NCBI GenBank assembly: GCA_018267005.1
Contig: JAFDZK010000001.1
Coordinates: 1 to 61,680, forward strand
Source of the DNA: Bacteroidota bacterium
GTDB taxonomy: Bacteria; Bacteroidota; Bacteroidia; Sphingobacteriales; Sphingobacteriaceae
Direction: 5' to 3'
Length of the DNA: 61,680 nucleotides
The notes below the pieces were generated by a model that made no database searches, was not told the DNA's origin, and was given only the letters and a program-made list of their open reading frames with translations. Shown one piece after another: positions 49,757 to 58,809 of the stretch; position 1 is the first letter of the stretch; the number at the start of each line of letters is the position of its first letter. The position numbers and the translations under genes were made by a program.

Positions 49757-50347
49757 TTAAAACTGAACCTTTGGCGCATTTTGCGATGCGGCGTCGGCCT
49801 GGAAGCTTCCCTTCTCTTTAAAGCCGGTCATATTGGCGATAATATTCGACGGGAATGATCGGATCTTGGTATTGTAGTTCTGCACAGCGTCGTTAAAATC
49901 GCGCCTGGATACGGTTATCCGGTTTTCCGTACCTTCAAGCTGAGCCTGCAGTGTCGAGAAATTCTCGGTCGCCTTCAGTTCAGGATAACGCTCAGATGCT
50001 ACCAGTAAGCGCCCAAGAGCCGTAGTCAACTGGCCTTGTGCAGCCTGGAATTTTTGAATGCTTTCCGGGTCGAGTTTGCTGGCGTCTACAGTTATCGAGG
50101 TAGCTTTGGCCCGTGCATTGGTCACGTCTTCCAGTGTGCTCTTTTCAAAATTGGCCACGCCTTTTACGGTAGCAACCAGGTTCGGCACCAGGTCGGCGCG
50201 GCGCTGGTAATCGGCCTGTACGGCTCCCCATTTGGCTTTTACGGTTTCGTCCAGCGACACCATTTTGTTATAGCTGCCTACGCAGCCACAACCACCAATG
50301 AACAAAATGAACAGGATAACACCTATTACTATGTACGAAGTTTTCAT
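49757..50347 (-). CDS. lemA: LemA family protein
   Basis: YQRRADLVPNLV, ERYPELKA, LEGTENRI. Confidence 0.95.
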   Translation of the reverse strand: MKTSYIVIGVILFILFIGGCGCVGSYNKMVSLDETVKAKWGAVQADYQRRADLVPNLVATVKGVANFEKSTLEDVTNARAKATSITVDASKLDPESIQKFQAAQGQLTTALGRLLVASERYPELKATENFSTLQAQLEGTENRITVSRRDFNDAVQNYNTKIRSFPSNIIANMTGFKEKGSFQADAASQNAPKVQF

Positions 50348-50636
50348 GTTTTCTTTCTGTGATTTTTAGATGAAATTACGATTTTGATTACAAAACCTAT
50401 ACCGTTGTTACAAAATGTGTTCAAGATAGGCATTTGTTGACGTTTTGGCAGGCGGGGAGGCTTAACGTTGGACATTTACGTTGTACGTTTTCGCCGATGC
50501 ACGTAAACGTATTATGTCAGATAAAAACCCGCCAATTGTCTGTAACTAAATTGTTCAATTTACACTTTGTCTTTCACAGACAAATTTTTGCTGCTATATT
50601 AACGGCGTCAATTCGACACAATAAAACCTGACTGTA

Positions 50637-52820
50637 TTGAAACACGATTACCGGCTCAAAACCGCTGTATTGCTTTTGCTCTTGTTGTGCCTGCCTGGCT
50701 TATACGCCTGCGCGCAAAAGGCCAATGCCAATTACCGTTACCATATTAAAAGAGCTCATTCTGATATTTCTATCGATGGGGTGATGAACGAGCCCGCGTG
50801 GCTGCAAGCCGACTCGGCCGACAACTTTCACATGGTGCTGCCTATGGACACCAGCCTGTCGAAAGTGAAAACCGTGGTGCGCATGACCTACGACGACCGC
50901 AACCTGTACATCCTGGTGATCAATTACAACCTGCTGGCCGGGCCGTACATGGTGGAGTCGATGAAGCGCGACTGGAACTTTGTAAAGAACGACAACTTTA
51001 TCTTTTTTATCGATCCTTTCAACGACCGTACGGATGGCTTTACCTTTGGCGCGAACGCCGCGGGCGGCCAGTGGGACGGCAGCATGTATGCGGGCGGCAG
51101 CGTCGACCTGAACTGGGACAACAAATGGTACTCGGCGGTAAAACAGTATCCCGATAAATGGATCTTCGAAGCGGCGATACCCTTCAAAAGCATACGTTAC
51201 AAAAAAGGTATTCGCGAGTGGGGCATCAACTTCAGCCGCAACGACCTGAAGGCCGCTGAAAAGTCGGCCTGGGCGCCGGTGCCACGGCAGTTTCCTACGG
51301 CTTCGCTGGCCTATACCGGTACGCTGGTGTGGGACGAAGACCCGCCGACTTCAAGCAGCAATGTTTCCATCATTCCTTATGCTTTGACGGGTGTTACCAA
51401 GGACTACCAGGGCGGCGGTCCGGCTACCATAAAACGCGAGGTAGGCGCCGACGCCAAGGTGTCGGTTACGCCATCGCTGAACCTCGACCTGACCGTAAGC
51501 CCCGACTTCTCGCAGGTGGATGTGGACCAGCAGGTAATCGACCTGAGCCGCTACCAACTCTTCTTTCCCGAAAAACGGCAGTTTTTCCTGGAGAACGGCG
51601 ACCTGTTCTATAATTTCGGCTACACCGACATAAGACCGTTCTTTTCGCGGCAGATCGGCCTGATGCAACCCATCGATGCCGGCGCAAGGCTGACGGGTAA
51701 ACTGAACAAAGACTGGCGTATCGGCCTTATGGATGTGCAAACCGGCAATTCTATCCAAAACAATATGGACGCCGGCAACTACGGAGTGCTTACCCTTCAA
51801 AGGCGCGTGCTCGACCGGTCGAACATCGGTTTTATCTTCGTCAACCATGATATTACCGGCACCTTACCGGGCACCAATTACTTCGACAATTATAATCGTA
51901 ACGTGGGCATGGAGTTCAACCTGGCGTCGACCAGTAACATGTGGACCGGCAAATTGCTTGGGCTAAAATCGTTTTCCCCCGGCGTTTCAGGACACGATTT
52001 TGTATTGGCCGACCACATCCAGTACTTCAGCAAATACTGGCAATTATACATGCAGGAGGAGTATGTCGGCAAAAACTATGTGGCCGCAGTGGGCTTTGTG
52101 CCCAGAACCGGCTATATTAAATTCAGTCCGCTGGTGTTGCACAACTGGTTCCCGAAGAAGACCAAAATACTGAGCCACGGGCTGCAGTTTACGTCGAACT
52201 ATTACTTTGATGAGAACATGAACCGGACAGACAACGAAAGCGCCCTGTCATACATTCTTACTTTTCGCGACCGCAGCACCATTACCCTGTCGGGCATCAA
52301 CGATTATGTGAAATTGCAGGCGCCTTTCGACCCGACCAATACCCACCGCGACAGTTTGGCCATCGGTACCGAGCATCATTACAATTCGCTCGACCTGCTG
52401 ATCAATTCCAAGCCGCAAAGCGTATTCACCTACTCCATCGAGGGCACTTTTGGCGGTTATTACGACAATGGCCACCGCCTGAGCTTTAATGGTACCGTGG
52501 GTTATCGTGTGCAGCCTTATGTAAACCTGGCGATAAACGGCAATTACACCGATTTGCGCCTGCCGCGGCCTTACGGCGATACGCGCTTTACGCTGATCGG
52601 GCCGAAAGTGGATATCACCTTTACCAATACGCTTTATTTTACTACTTACGTCCAGTATAACGAACAACAAAAAGATTTGAATGTCAATGCACGGTTCCAG
52701 TGGCGCTACCGTCCTGCATCGGATATCTTTATTGTTTATGCGGAGAATTCTATCCCGACGCCATACACGCCCGTCAACCGGATGCTGACATTTAAGTGGA
52801 CGTACTGGTGGAATATTTGA
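50637..52820 (+). CDS. CBM9-like + DUF5916 outer-membrane protein
   Basis: IDGVMNEPAW, WIFEAAIPF, PDFSQVDVD, FFPEKRQFFLE. Confidence 0.75.
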   Translation: MKHDYRLKTAVLLLLLLCLPGLYACAQKANANYRYHIKRAHSDISIDGVMNEPAWLQADSADNFHMVLPMDTSLSKVKTVVRMTYDDRNLYILVINYNLLAGPYMVESMKRDWNFVKNDNFIFFIDPFNDRTDGFTFGANAAGGQWDGSMYAGGSVDLNWDNKWYSAVKQYPDKWIFEAAIPFKSIRYKKGIREWGINFSRNDLKAAEKSAWAPVPRQFPTASLAYTGTLVWDEDPPTSSSNVSIIPYALTGVTKDYQGGGPATIKREVGADAKVSVTPSLNLDLTVSPDFSQVDVDQQVIDLSRYQLFFPEKRQFFLENGDLFYNFGYTDIRPFFSRQIGLMQPIDAGARLTGKLNKDWRIGLMDVQTGNSIQNNMDAGNYGVLTLQRRVLDRSNIGFIFVNHDITGTLPGTNYFDNYNRNVGMEFNLASTSNMWTGKLLGLKSFSPGVSGHDFVLADHIQYFSKYWQLYMQEEYVGKNYVAAVGFVPRTGYIKFSPLVLHNWFPKKTKILSHGLQFTSNYYFDENMNRTDNESALSYILTFRDRSTITLSGINDYVKLQAPFDPTNTHRDSLAIGTEHHYNSLDLLINSKPQSVFTYSIEGTFGGYYDNGHRLSFNGTVGYRVQPYVNLAINGNYTDLRLPRPYGDTRFTLIGPKVDITFTNTLYFTTYVQYNEQQKDLNVNARFQWRYRPASDIFIVYAENSIPTPYTPVNRMLTFKWTYWWNI

Positions 52821-52828
52821 GTTTTTGA

Positions 52829-52865
52829 GTCGATAGACCATTGACCATGGTCTAAAAGTTCATGG
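52829..52865. repeat. degenerate GACCATG / GTTCATG heptamers
   Basis: gtcgata gaccatt gaccatg gtctaaa agttcatgg, after the DUF5916 stop. Confidence 0.5.
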
Positions 52866-52955
52866 CATTTGATTTGTTTCTATGCCCGATTGTTCTAAAT
52901 TTACCGGGGGATATTGCTGTTATCCCAACCAATTATTAACCCGAAACGCAAAGAC

Positions 52956-53663
52956 ATGAAAAACCTGTTTAAATTATCCCTGGCGCTATTGGTGCTGGCT
53001 TCGCTGGCTTTTACCATCGCGCTGCATCCGGCCGAACAGAAAAACGGCGGCTGGATAAGTCTCTTCGATGGCAAAACGCTGAAGGGCTGGCACGAATACG
53101 GCCGCAAAGGCCCTATTACCGACTGGACCGTAGAGGATGGAGCGCTCGTTAGCAAGGCCCCCGCAAAAAAGGACGACCATAGCTATATTACCACCGACAA
53201 ACCATACGCAAATTTTGAGCTGAAGTGGGAGTGGAAAGTGGACAAAGGCAGTAATAGCGGCATGATATACCATGTGCAGGAGGATGGCAAACACCACGCA
53301 CCTTATGAAACCGGGCCCGAGTACCAGATCATCGACGACAAGGGCTTTCCTGAAAAGATCGAAGCATGGCAGACTGCGGGCGCAGATTACGGCATGCATG
53401 TGCCCAACGATCAGAAAAAGCTGATGCCGGTGGGGCAGTGGAACACCAGTCGCCTGGTTTTTAACCACGGGCATGTAGAGCACTGGCTGAACGGCAAAAA
53501 GATAGTGGACTTCACCGCCTGGGATGCGGACTGGAACAAAAAGCGCCTTGCCGGCAAATGGAAAGATTATCCGGACTATGGCAAGGCTAAATGCGGCGTT
53601 ATAGCCATGCAGTGCGAAGCAGGGAAGGTGTACTATAAGAATTTAATGATAAGAGAATTGTAA
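52956..53663 (+). CDS. DUF1080 3-keto-disaccharide hydrolase family protein
   Basis: WISLFDGKTLKGW, NSGMIY, GPEYQIIDD, HWLNG; start ATG 52956. Confidence 0.88.
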   Translation: MKNLFKLSLALLVLASLAFTIALHPAEQKNGGWISLFDGKTLKGWHEYGRKGPITDWTVEDGALVSKAPAKKDDHSYITTDKPYANFELKWEWKVDKGSNSGMIYHVQEDGKHHAPYETGPEYQIIDDKGFPEKIEAWQTAGADYGMHVPNDQKKLMPVGQWNTSRLVFNHGHVEHWLNGKKIVDFTAWDADWNKKRLAGKWKDYPDYGKAKCGVIAMQCEAGKVYYKNLMIREL

Positions 53664-53671
53664 AACAACCA

Positions 53672-53741
53672 GCCCCCTCTAAATTTCCCCCGGGAGGAGA
53701 GACTTCTAAAGCCCTCCCTTTCGGGGCGGGCTGAGAGGGGC
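53672..53741. repeat. GC-rich branched REP-like palindrome
   Basis: outer cccctct/agagggg stem enclosing two hairpins, including gccc-tccc-tttc-gggg-cgggc. Confidence 0.6.
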
Positions 53742-53754
53742 CGATTTATTATCC

Positions 53755-55026
53755 ATGAAAGAAGAAAAAAAACTAACCACCCGCCGCGACTTCATCAAGA
53801 AATCGGCTATCGCGGCAGCTTCCTTCTCCATAGTACCGCGCTTTGTCCTAGGTAAAGGCTTCGTCGCCCCAAGCGACCAACTGACCAAGGGCATTATCGG
53901 CGTTGGCGGTATGGGCAAGAACCACATTCCGTATGGCGGCACACGGGTTGTTGCCCTATGCGATGTTGACAAAAATCATTTGCGCGACGCCGCCAATATG
54001 GTTACCACCAATCCCAAACTGTTCTCCGATTATCGCGAACTGATCCAACTACCCGAAGTGGATATTGTGCATGTGGCCACACCGCCGCACTGGCATGCTA
54101 TTATCGCAGCTGATGCAGCGCGCCAGGGCAAGGATGTATGGTGCGAAAAGCCGATGACACATACCATTGGTGAAGGAAAACGCCTGGTGGAAGCCGTACA
54201 GCAAAACGGACGCATATTTCGCCTTAACACCTGGTTCCGTTTCAGCGACATTTTTTATGGCATGGGAACGACTGTAAAACCGATCAAAAAACTAGTGGAG
54301 AGCGGACTGCTGGGCTGGCCCTTGACTGTTACCGTGGGCAGGCATACCGGTTTCGACTGGAAATTTTATTGGGTGGGAAAAACCAACCTGCCCGTAATGC
54401 CCGTTCCGCCTGAATTAGACTATAACTTCTGGCTGGGACCGGCACCGTTTAAGCCTTACCACCCTCACCGGGTACATCAAACTTTCCGTGGTTACTGGGA
54501 CTACGACGGTGGCGGTTTGAGCGATATGGGCCAGCATTATATAGACCCAATACAATACTTTTTGGGCAAAGACGACGACAGCCCGATCTCTGTCGAACTG
54601 GACGCTCCGCAGCAGAATATGGACGCGGTCGGCACCTGGCGCCGGATAACTTATACTTATGCCGACGGCTGCAAGATCATTCTTGATGGCGAGGGCGCCA
54701 TTGAAGGCGTGCCTTATATCGAAGGACCGAAAGGCAAATTGTATCCCGGCTTTAAATCCGACATCCCCGACCTGGAAAAGAAATTGGCCGATTTCCCCGA
54801 TCCTCAACCGCAGGTAACGGATTTCATCGAAGCAGTAAAGAACCGCAAGAAATTCGCGTTAAACGAACAAAACGGCTATCGTTCGTGCACCATCGTCAAC
54901 ATGGGGCTGGCGGCATTGCGTTTGGGGCGGTCGCTTAAATTTGACCCGGTAAAACAGGAGTTTATCGGCGACGAGGCTGCCAACCGTTTGATCTTCCCGC
55001 CGATGCGCGGTCCCTGGACCATTTAA
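53755..55026 (+). CDS. Gfo/Idh/MocA oxidoreductase with Tat signal
   Basis: RRDFIK, GVGGMG, ATPPHWH, CEKP, DMGQH. Confidence 0.9.
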   Translation: MKEEKKLTTRRDFIKKSAIAAASFSIVPRFVLGKGFVAPSDQLTKGIIGVGGMGKNHIPYGGTRVVALCDVDKNHLRDAANMVTTNPKLFSDYRELIQLPEVDIVHVATPPHWHAIIAADAARQGKDVWCEKPMTHTIGEGKRLVEAVQQNGRIFRLNTWFRFSDIFYGMGTTVKPIKKLVESGLLGWPLTVTVGRHTGFDWKFYWVGKTNLPVMPVPPELDYNFWLGPAPFKPYHPHRVHQTFRGYWDYDGGGLSDMGQHYIDPIQYFLGKDDDSPISVELDAPQQNMDAVGTWRRITYTYADGCKIILDGEGAIEGVPYIEGPKGKLYPGFKSDIPDLEKKLADFPDPQPQVTDFIEAVKNRKKFALNEQNGYRSCTIVNMGLAALRLGRSLKFDPVKQEFIGDEAANRLIFPPMRGPWTI

Positions 55027-55038
55027 TCTGAACCGACC

Positions 55039-57801
55039 ATGAAGAAAATATTTTACACCATCATATTATTATCTGGGTTGGCGGCTACGGTCAATGCCCA
55101 ATCCGACAAAATATCCGCCATCCTGGATAAAGAACCGGCCAACAATGCAGCAGACCTGAATGCTAACGCCGCTGCTACCGCACAATTAGGTGAACCGGGC
55201 ATTACCGCTATGCTGGCCATGCTGCAGACCAACGGAACAGCCGACAATACCAAAATTTACGATGCCATCAGCGGCTTTTCGTTTTGCTCGACGCAGCCGG
55301 GAAAAGATGCCTGGCGCGCAATGGCCGTACAAGCTTACGTTAAGGCGCTGCCTAAGGCGCCGGATGCTTACAATCAGGCTTTCATCATCAGCCAGTTACA
55401 GACGCTGGCTTCGGAGGCATCCGTTCCCGCATTGAAAAGCTATCTTGGCGATAAACGCCTGTGCGATCCCGCCGCCAGGGCCCTGGTAAAAGTAGGTACG
55501 CCTGCGGCCAAACTGGCTTTGCGGAATGCATTGCCTGCTGCAAAGGATTCATGTCAATTGTCCATTGTAGAAGCTTTGGGCGATATCAAAGATAGCCCGG
55601 CTGCTCCGGCCATCGGCCGGCTTATCGGTAAAGATAAAAACCTCGACAAGGTTTGCCTGTATGCGCTGGCCCACATCGGATCACCGGCATCTTCCACGTT
55701 GATGTCATCGGCCGCTAAAAGCGCAGGCTATACTTACGATGAAACAGATGCTACCTCATCTTACATTTTATATCTCAAAAATCTTTCCGGACACGGCACA
55801 ACGAACAAATTAAAGGCTGAGCAGCTGGCTAAGACTTTATGGGATGAAACCAATTCGGACAAGCTGATCCATACCCATATCGCCGCTTTAAGATTGCTTG
55901 CCGACCTTATCGGCGGTACTGCTACCGGCCGCTTCATTGAGGCCGCACGAAGCAGCAATGCCCAATACCGGGCAGCAGCTATGGAAATGGCAGGGAAACA
56001 TCTTGACCCCCAAGTTATATCGGCATGGACCAGGGAACTCCCGAAAGGCAATTCTTCTGAAAAAGCAGCCGTCATCACCATGCTCGGCGACCACAATGCT
56101 GTTACGGCTTTACCGGCCATCACCAAAGAATTGAGAAATACTGATACCGCGGTGGTGATCGCAGCAGTGACCGCTTCCGGAAAACTGGGCCAGGATAAGG
56201 TGTTGAACGATCTTTTTGACGTTTTAAAGAACGGCAACAAAAGCGAAGATATGGCCGTCCAGAATGCATTGCTGACTATGAAAGGCGCCAATTTACCTGC
56301 GCGCGCAGGCAAGGCATTGCCTGATATGCCGGCAAGCGGGCAACCCGTGCTGATCAACTTCCTGGCAGCACGCCGTGCACACGGGCAGATCGATATGGTC
56401 ACACCGCTGTTGAAAAGCAACGATGCGGCTGTTCGAGCCGCAGCCTACGCGTCTTTGAAACAACTTGCCGGGCAAGAGAACCTCAGGCAGTTGTTTGAGT
56501 TGCTCGCTACCTCGAACCAACCCCGGGAAACCGCCGATATACAAGCAGCTATTATAGCCGTTGTTTCGGGCACCAGCGACAGGCAGTCGCAAGGCGCAAT
56601 GATATTACAGCAAATGGGCGCAGCAAGCAACGACCGCAAACCGTTGTATTTTAATATCCTCGCCGCCGTTGGCGATAAGCCATCATTGATTGCGGTTTCG
56701 GGTGCCTTTGAATCGGGCGACGCAGCGACCAAGCAAGCAGCCGTTACGGCATTATCGCAATGGTCTGATATGAGTGCAGCACCTGAGCTGCTTATCATTA
56801 GCAGGAAAACCACGGACGCAACCTTAAAAGATCAGGCGCTGAAGGGTTACGTAAATACCATCAGCAACTCTAATTATCCGCCCGAAGAAAAAGTGATCTA
56901 CCTGCGCGATGCGATGGAAGTGGCGCAAACCATTCCGCAGAAAAAGATGATCCTGGAAGATGCCGGCGAGCTGAAAGTATTCCCGGCGATGGTTTTTGAA
57001 AGCGAATACCTGGATAATCCAGCGCTGCAACTGGTAGCCGCAAACGCGCTGTCGAATATTGCGCTGTCGAATAAAGATTTTTATGGTGACGCCGTGAAGC
57101 AGTGGCTGAACAAGGCGATTATGATCAAAAAAGGCGGCGACGCCGATTATGAAAAGGTGGCCATACGCAAGTTTATAGCCGAAATGCCTTCGGATGCCGG
57201 TTTGGTTCCGCTGTTCAATTACCGCGACCTGAGCGGCTGGAAAGGACTGGTAGGTAACCCCATTACCCGTAGTAAAATGGATGCATCCACGCTGGCCGGG
57301 GAACAGGCAAAGGCCGACTCGGCTATGCATAAGGGCTGGTATGTGAAAGACAGCGTCCTCAATTTCAGTGGTGACGGCGAAAACCTTTGCACCGTAAAAC
57401 AATACCGCAATTTTGAAATGTATGTCGACTGGAAGATCGAGCCTAAAGGCGACGCAGGTATCTACCTGCGCGGGTCTCCGCAGGTGCAGATATGGGATAC
57501 TTCGCGTGTGGACGTGGGTGCACAGGTTGGCTCTGGCGGCTTGTATAACAACCAGGCGCATCAGAGCAAGCCGCTTAAGCTGGCCGACAACGCCATCAAC
57601 GACTGGAATAACTTCCACATCATTATGAAGGGCGACCGCGTAACGGTTTACCTGAACGGTGTCCTGGTGGTAGATAATGTGGTAATGGATAACTATTGGG
57701 ACCGCTCGCTGCCAATTTTTCCCAAAGAGCAGATAGAATTACAAGCGCATGGTACACACGTATATTACCGCGATATCTATATACGGGAATTACCCGATTA
57801 A
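55039..57801 (+). CDS. HEAT-repeat protein with C-terminal DUF1080 domain
   Basis: Ala/Leu helical repeats, then LFNYRDLSGWKG, GIYLRG, QVQIWD, IELQAHG. Confidence 0.85.
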   Translation: MKKIFYTIILLSGLAATVNAQSDKISAILDKEPANNAADLNANAAATAQLGEPGITAMLAMLQTNGTADNTKIYDAISGFSFCSTQPGKDAWRAMAVQAYVKALPKAPDAYNQAFIISQLQTLASEASVPALKSYLGDKRLCDPAARALVKVGTPAAKLALRNALPAAKDSCQLSIVEALGDIKDSPAAPAIGRLIGKDKNLDKVCLYALAHIGSPASSTLMSSAAKSAGYTYDETDATSSYILYLKNLSGHGTTNKLKAEQLAKTLWDETNSDKLIHTHIAALRLLADLIGGTATGRFIEAARSSNAQYRAAAMEMAGKHLDPQVISAWTRELPKGNSSEKAAVITMLGDHNAVTALPAITKELRNTDTAVVIAAVTASGKLGQDKVLNDLFDVLKNGNKSEDMAVQNALLTMKGANLPARAGKALPDMPASGQPVLINFLAARRAHGQIDMVTPLLKSNDAAVRAAAYASLKQLAGQENLRQLFELLATSNQPRETADIQAAIIAVVSGTSDRQSQGAMILQQMGAASNDRKPLYFNILAAVGDKPSLIAVSGAFESGDAATKQAAVTALSQWSDMSAAPELLIISRKTTDATLKDQALKGYVNTISNSNYPPEEKVIYLRDAMEVAQTIPQKKMILEDAGELKVFPAMVFESEYLDNPALQLVAANALSNIALSNKDFYGDAVKQWLNKAIMIKKGGDADYEKVAIRKFIAEMPSDAGLVPLFNYRDLSGWKGLVGNPITRSKMDASTLAGEQAKADSAMHKGWYVKDSVLNFSGDGENLCTVKQYRNFEMYVDWKIEPKGDAGIYLRGSPQVQIWDTSRVDVGAQVGSGGLYNNQAHQSKPLKLADNAINDWNNFHIIMKGDRVTVYLNGVLVVDNVVMDNYWDRSLPIFPKEQIELQAHGTHVYYRDIYIRELPD

Positions 57802-57824
57802 CCACAATTACTTTCCTTTCTTCA

Positions 57825-57850
57825 ACAACGGGCCCTTCGGGGCCTGTTGT
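57825..57850. terminator. strong hairpin after the glycoside operon
   Basis: acaacgggccc-ttcg-gggcctgttgt; no clear U tract. Confidence 0.65.
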
Positions 57851-57979
57851 CGTAAAACGCCCCTCCGATTGCCGCATTCAGCGGTTTTATAGTGCCTTTT
57901 TTGCCATTAAGTTTGTATCGGGTGAAGCGCTGGTAAATGTCACTTGCCGTTCTTTGAAAATATTTTCAAAAATACTTGT

Positions 57980-58021
57980 GCAACCAAAAGGTGGCATTTA
58001 TATTTGCAACCAAAAGGTTTC
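57980..58021. promoter_or_regulatory. tandem GCAACC-N4-GGTTGC-type operators over a TATATTTG promoter
   Basis: GCAACC AAAA GGTGGC (57980-57995) and GCAACC AAAA GGTTTC (58006-58021); TATATTTG at 57999-58006. Confidence 0.78.
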
Positions 58022-58028
58022 ATAAACA

Positions 58029-58367
58029 ATGAGAAGAGATGTGTTCCAGGCGATTGCCGATCCGACGAGAAGAGAAATATTGGGAATGATAGCGCATAAA
58101 TCGCTTAATATAAACGCGGTTACGGAGCATTTTGATGTAAGCCGGGCGGCGATATACAAGCACATGAAGATACTAACGGAATGCGGCCTGCTGCAAATAA
58201 AACAACAGGGCCGCGAACGGTTTTGCGAAGGCAGATTTGAACGTTTGAACGAGGTATCGGATTGGGTGGAACAGTACCGGCAGTTTTGGGAAGCGCGCCT
58301 GGATTCATTAGAAGAATATTTAGAAAAACTTCAAAAACAGAAGAAGCATGGAAAACGCAAAAAGTAA
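58029..58367 (+). CDS. ArsR/SmtB family regulator
   Basis: [18 protein letters not shown]...SRAAIYKHMKIL. Confidence 0.9.
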   Translation: MRRDVFQAIADPTRREILGMIAHKSLNINAVTEHFDVSRAAIYKHMKILTECGLLQIKQQGRERFCEGRFERLNEVSDWVEQYRQFWEARLDSLEEYLEKLQKQKKHGKRKK

Positions 58368-58803
58368 CACCTCCGACCGCGAATTGCAGATCGAACGGAC
58401 CCTGAACGCGCCGGTAGGGCTCGTGTGGGAAGTGTTTACCAAACCCGGGCGCATTAAAAACTGGTGGGGGCCGAACGGTTTTACCAATACCATTTTTATG
58501 ATGGATGTAAGGCCTGGCGGCGAATGGGACTTTATGATGCATGGGCCCGATGGCAGAGATTATAAGAACCATTCTGTTTATAGGGAGATCATCCCTAACA
58601 AAAAGATCGTATTCGACCATTACAACCCCAATTTTACAACAACGATAGAATTTGAAGATATGGGTGACCGAACTCATCTGCGCTGGCACATGGTCTTTGA
58701 AACCGCCGAACTTTTTATGGCGATCGTAAAGGCTCACAACGCAGCCGAGGGTTTGAAGCAGAACGTGGAAAAGCTGGATGTTTACCTGGCAGGGTTAAAA
58801 TAA
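58348..58803 (+). CDS. SRPBCC domain protein
   Basis: ERTLNAPVGLVW, WWGPNGF, DVRPGGEW, MHGPDG. Confidence 0.88.
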   Translation: MENAKSNTSDRELQIERTLNAPVGLVWEVFTKPGRIKNWWGPNGFTNTIFMMDVRPGGEWDFMMHGPDGRDYKNHSVYREIIPNKKIVFDHYNPNFTTTIEFEDMGDRTHLRWHMVFETAELFMAIVKAHNAAEGLKQNVEKLDVYLAGLK

Positions 58804-58809
58804 ACCATT

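Noticed and set aside
1415-52865. Repeat arrays as CRISPR arrays
   Set aside because: Units are 7-13 bp, inverted and without unique 30-40-bp spacers; no cas genes are present.
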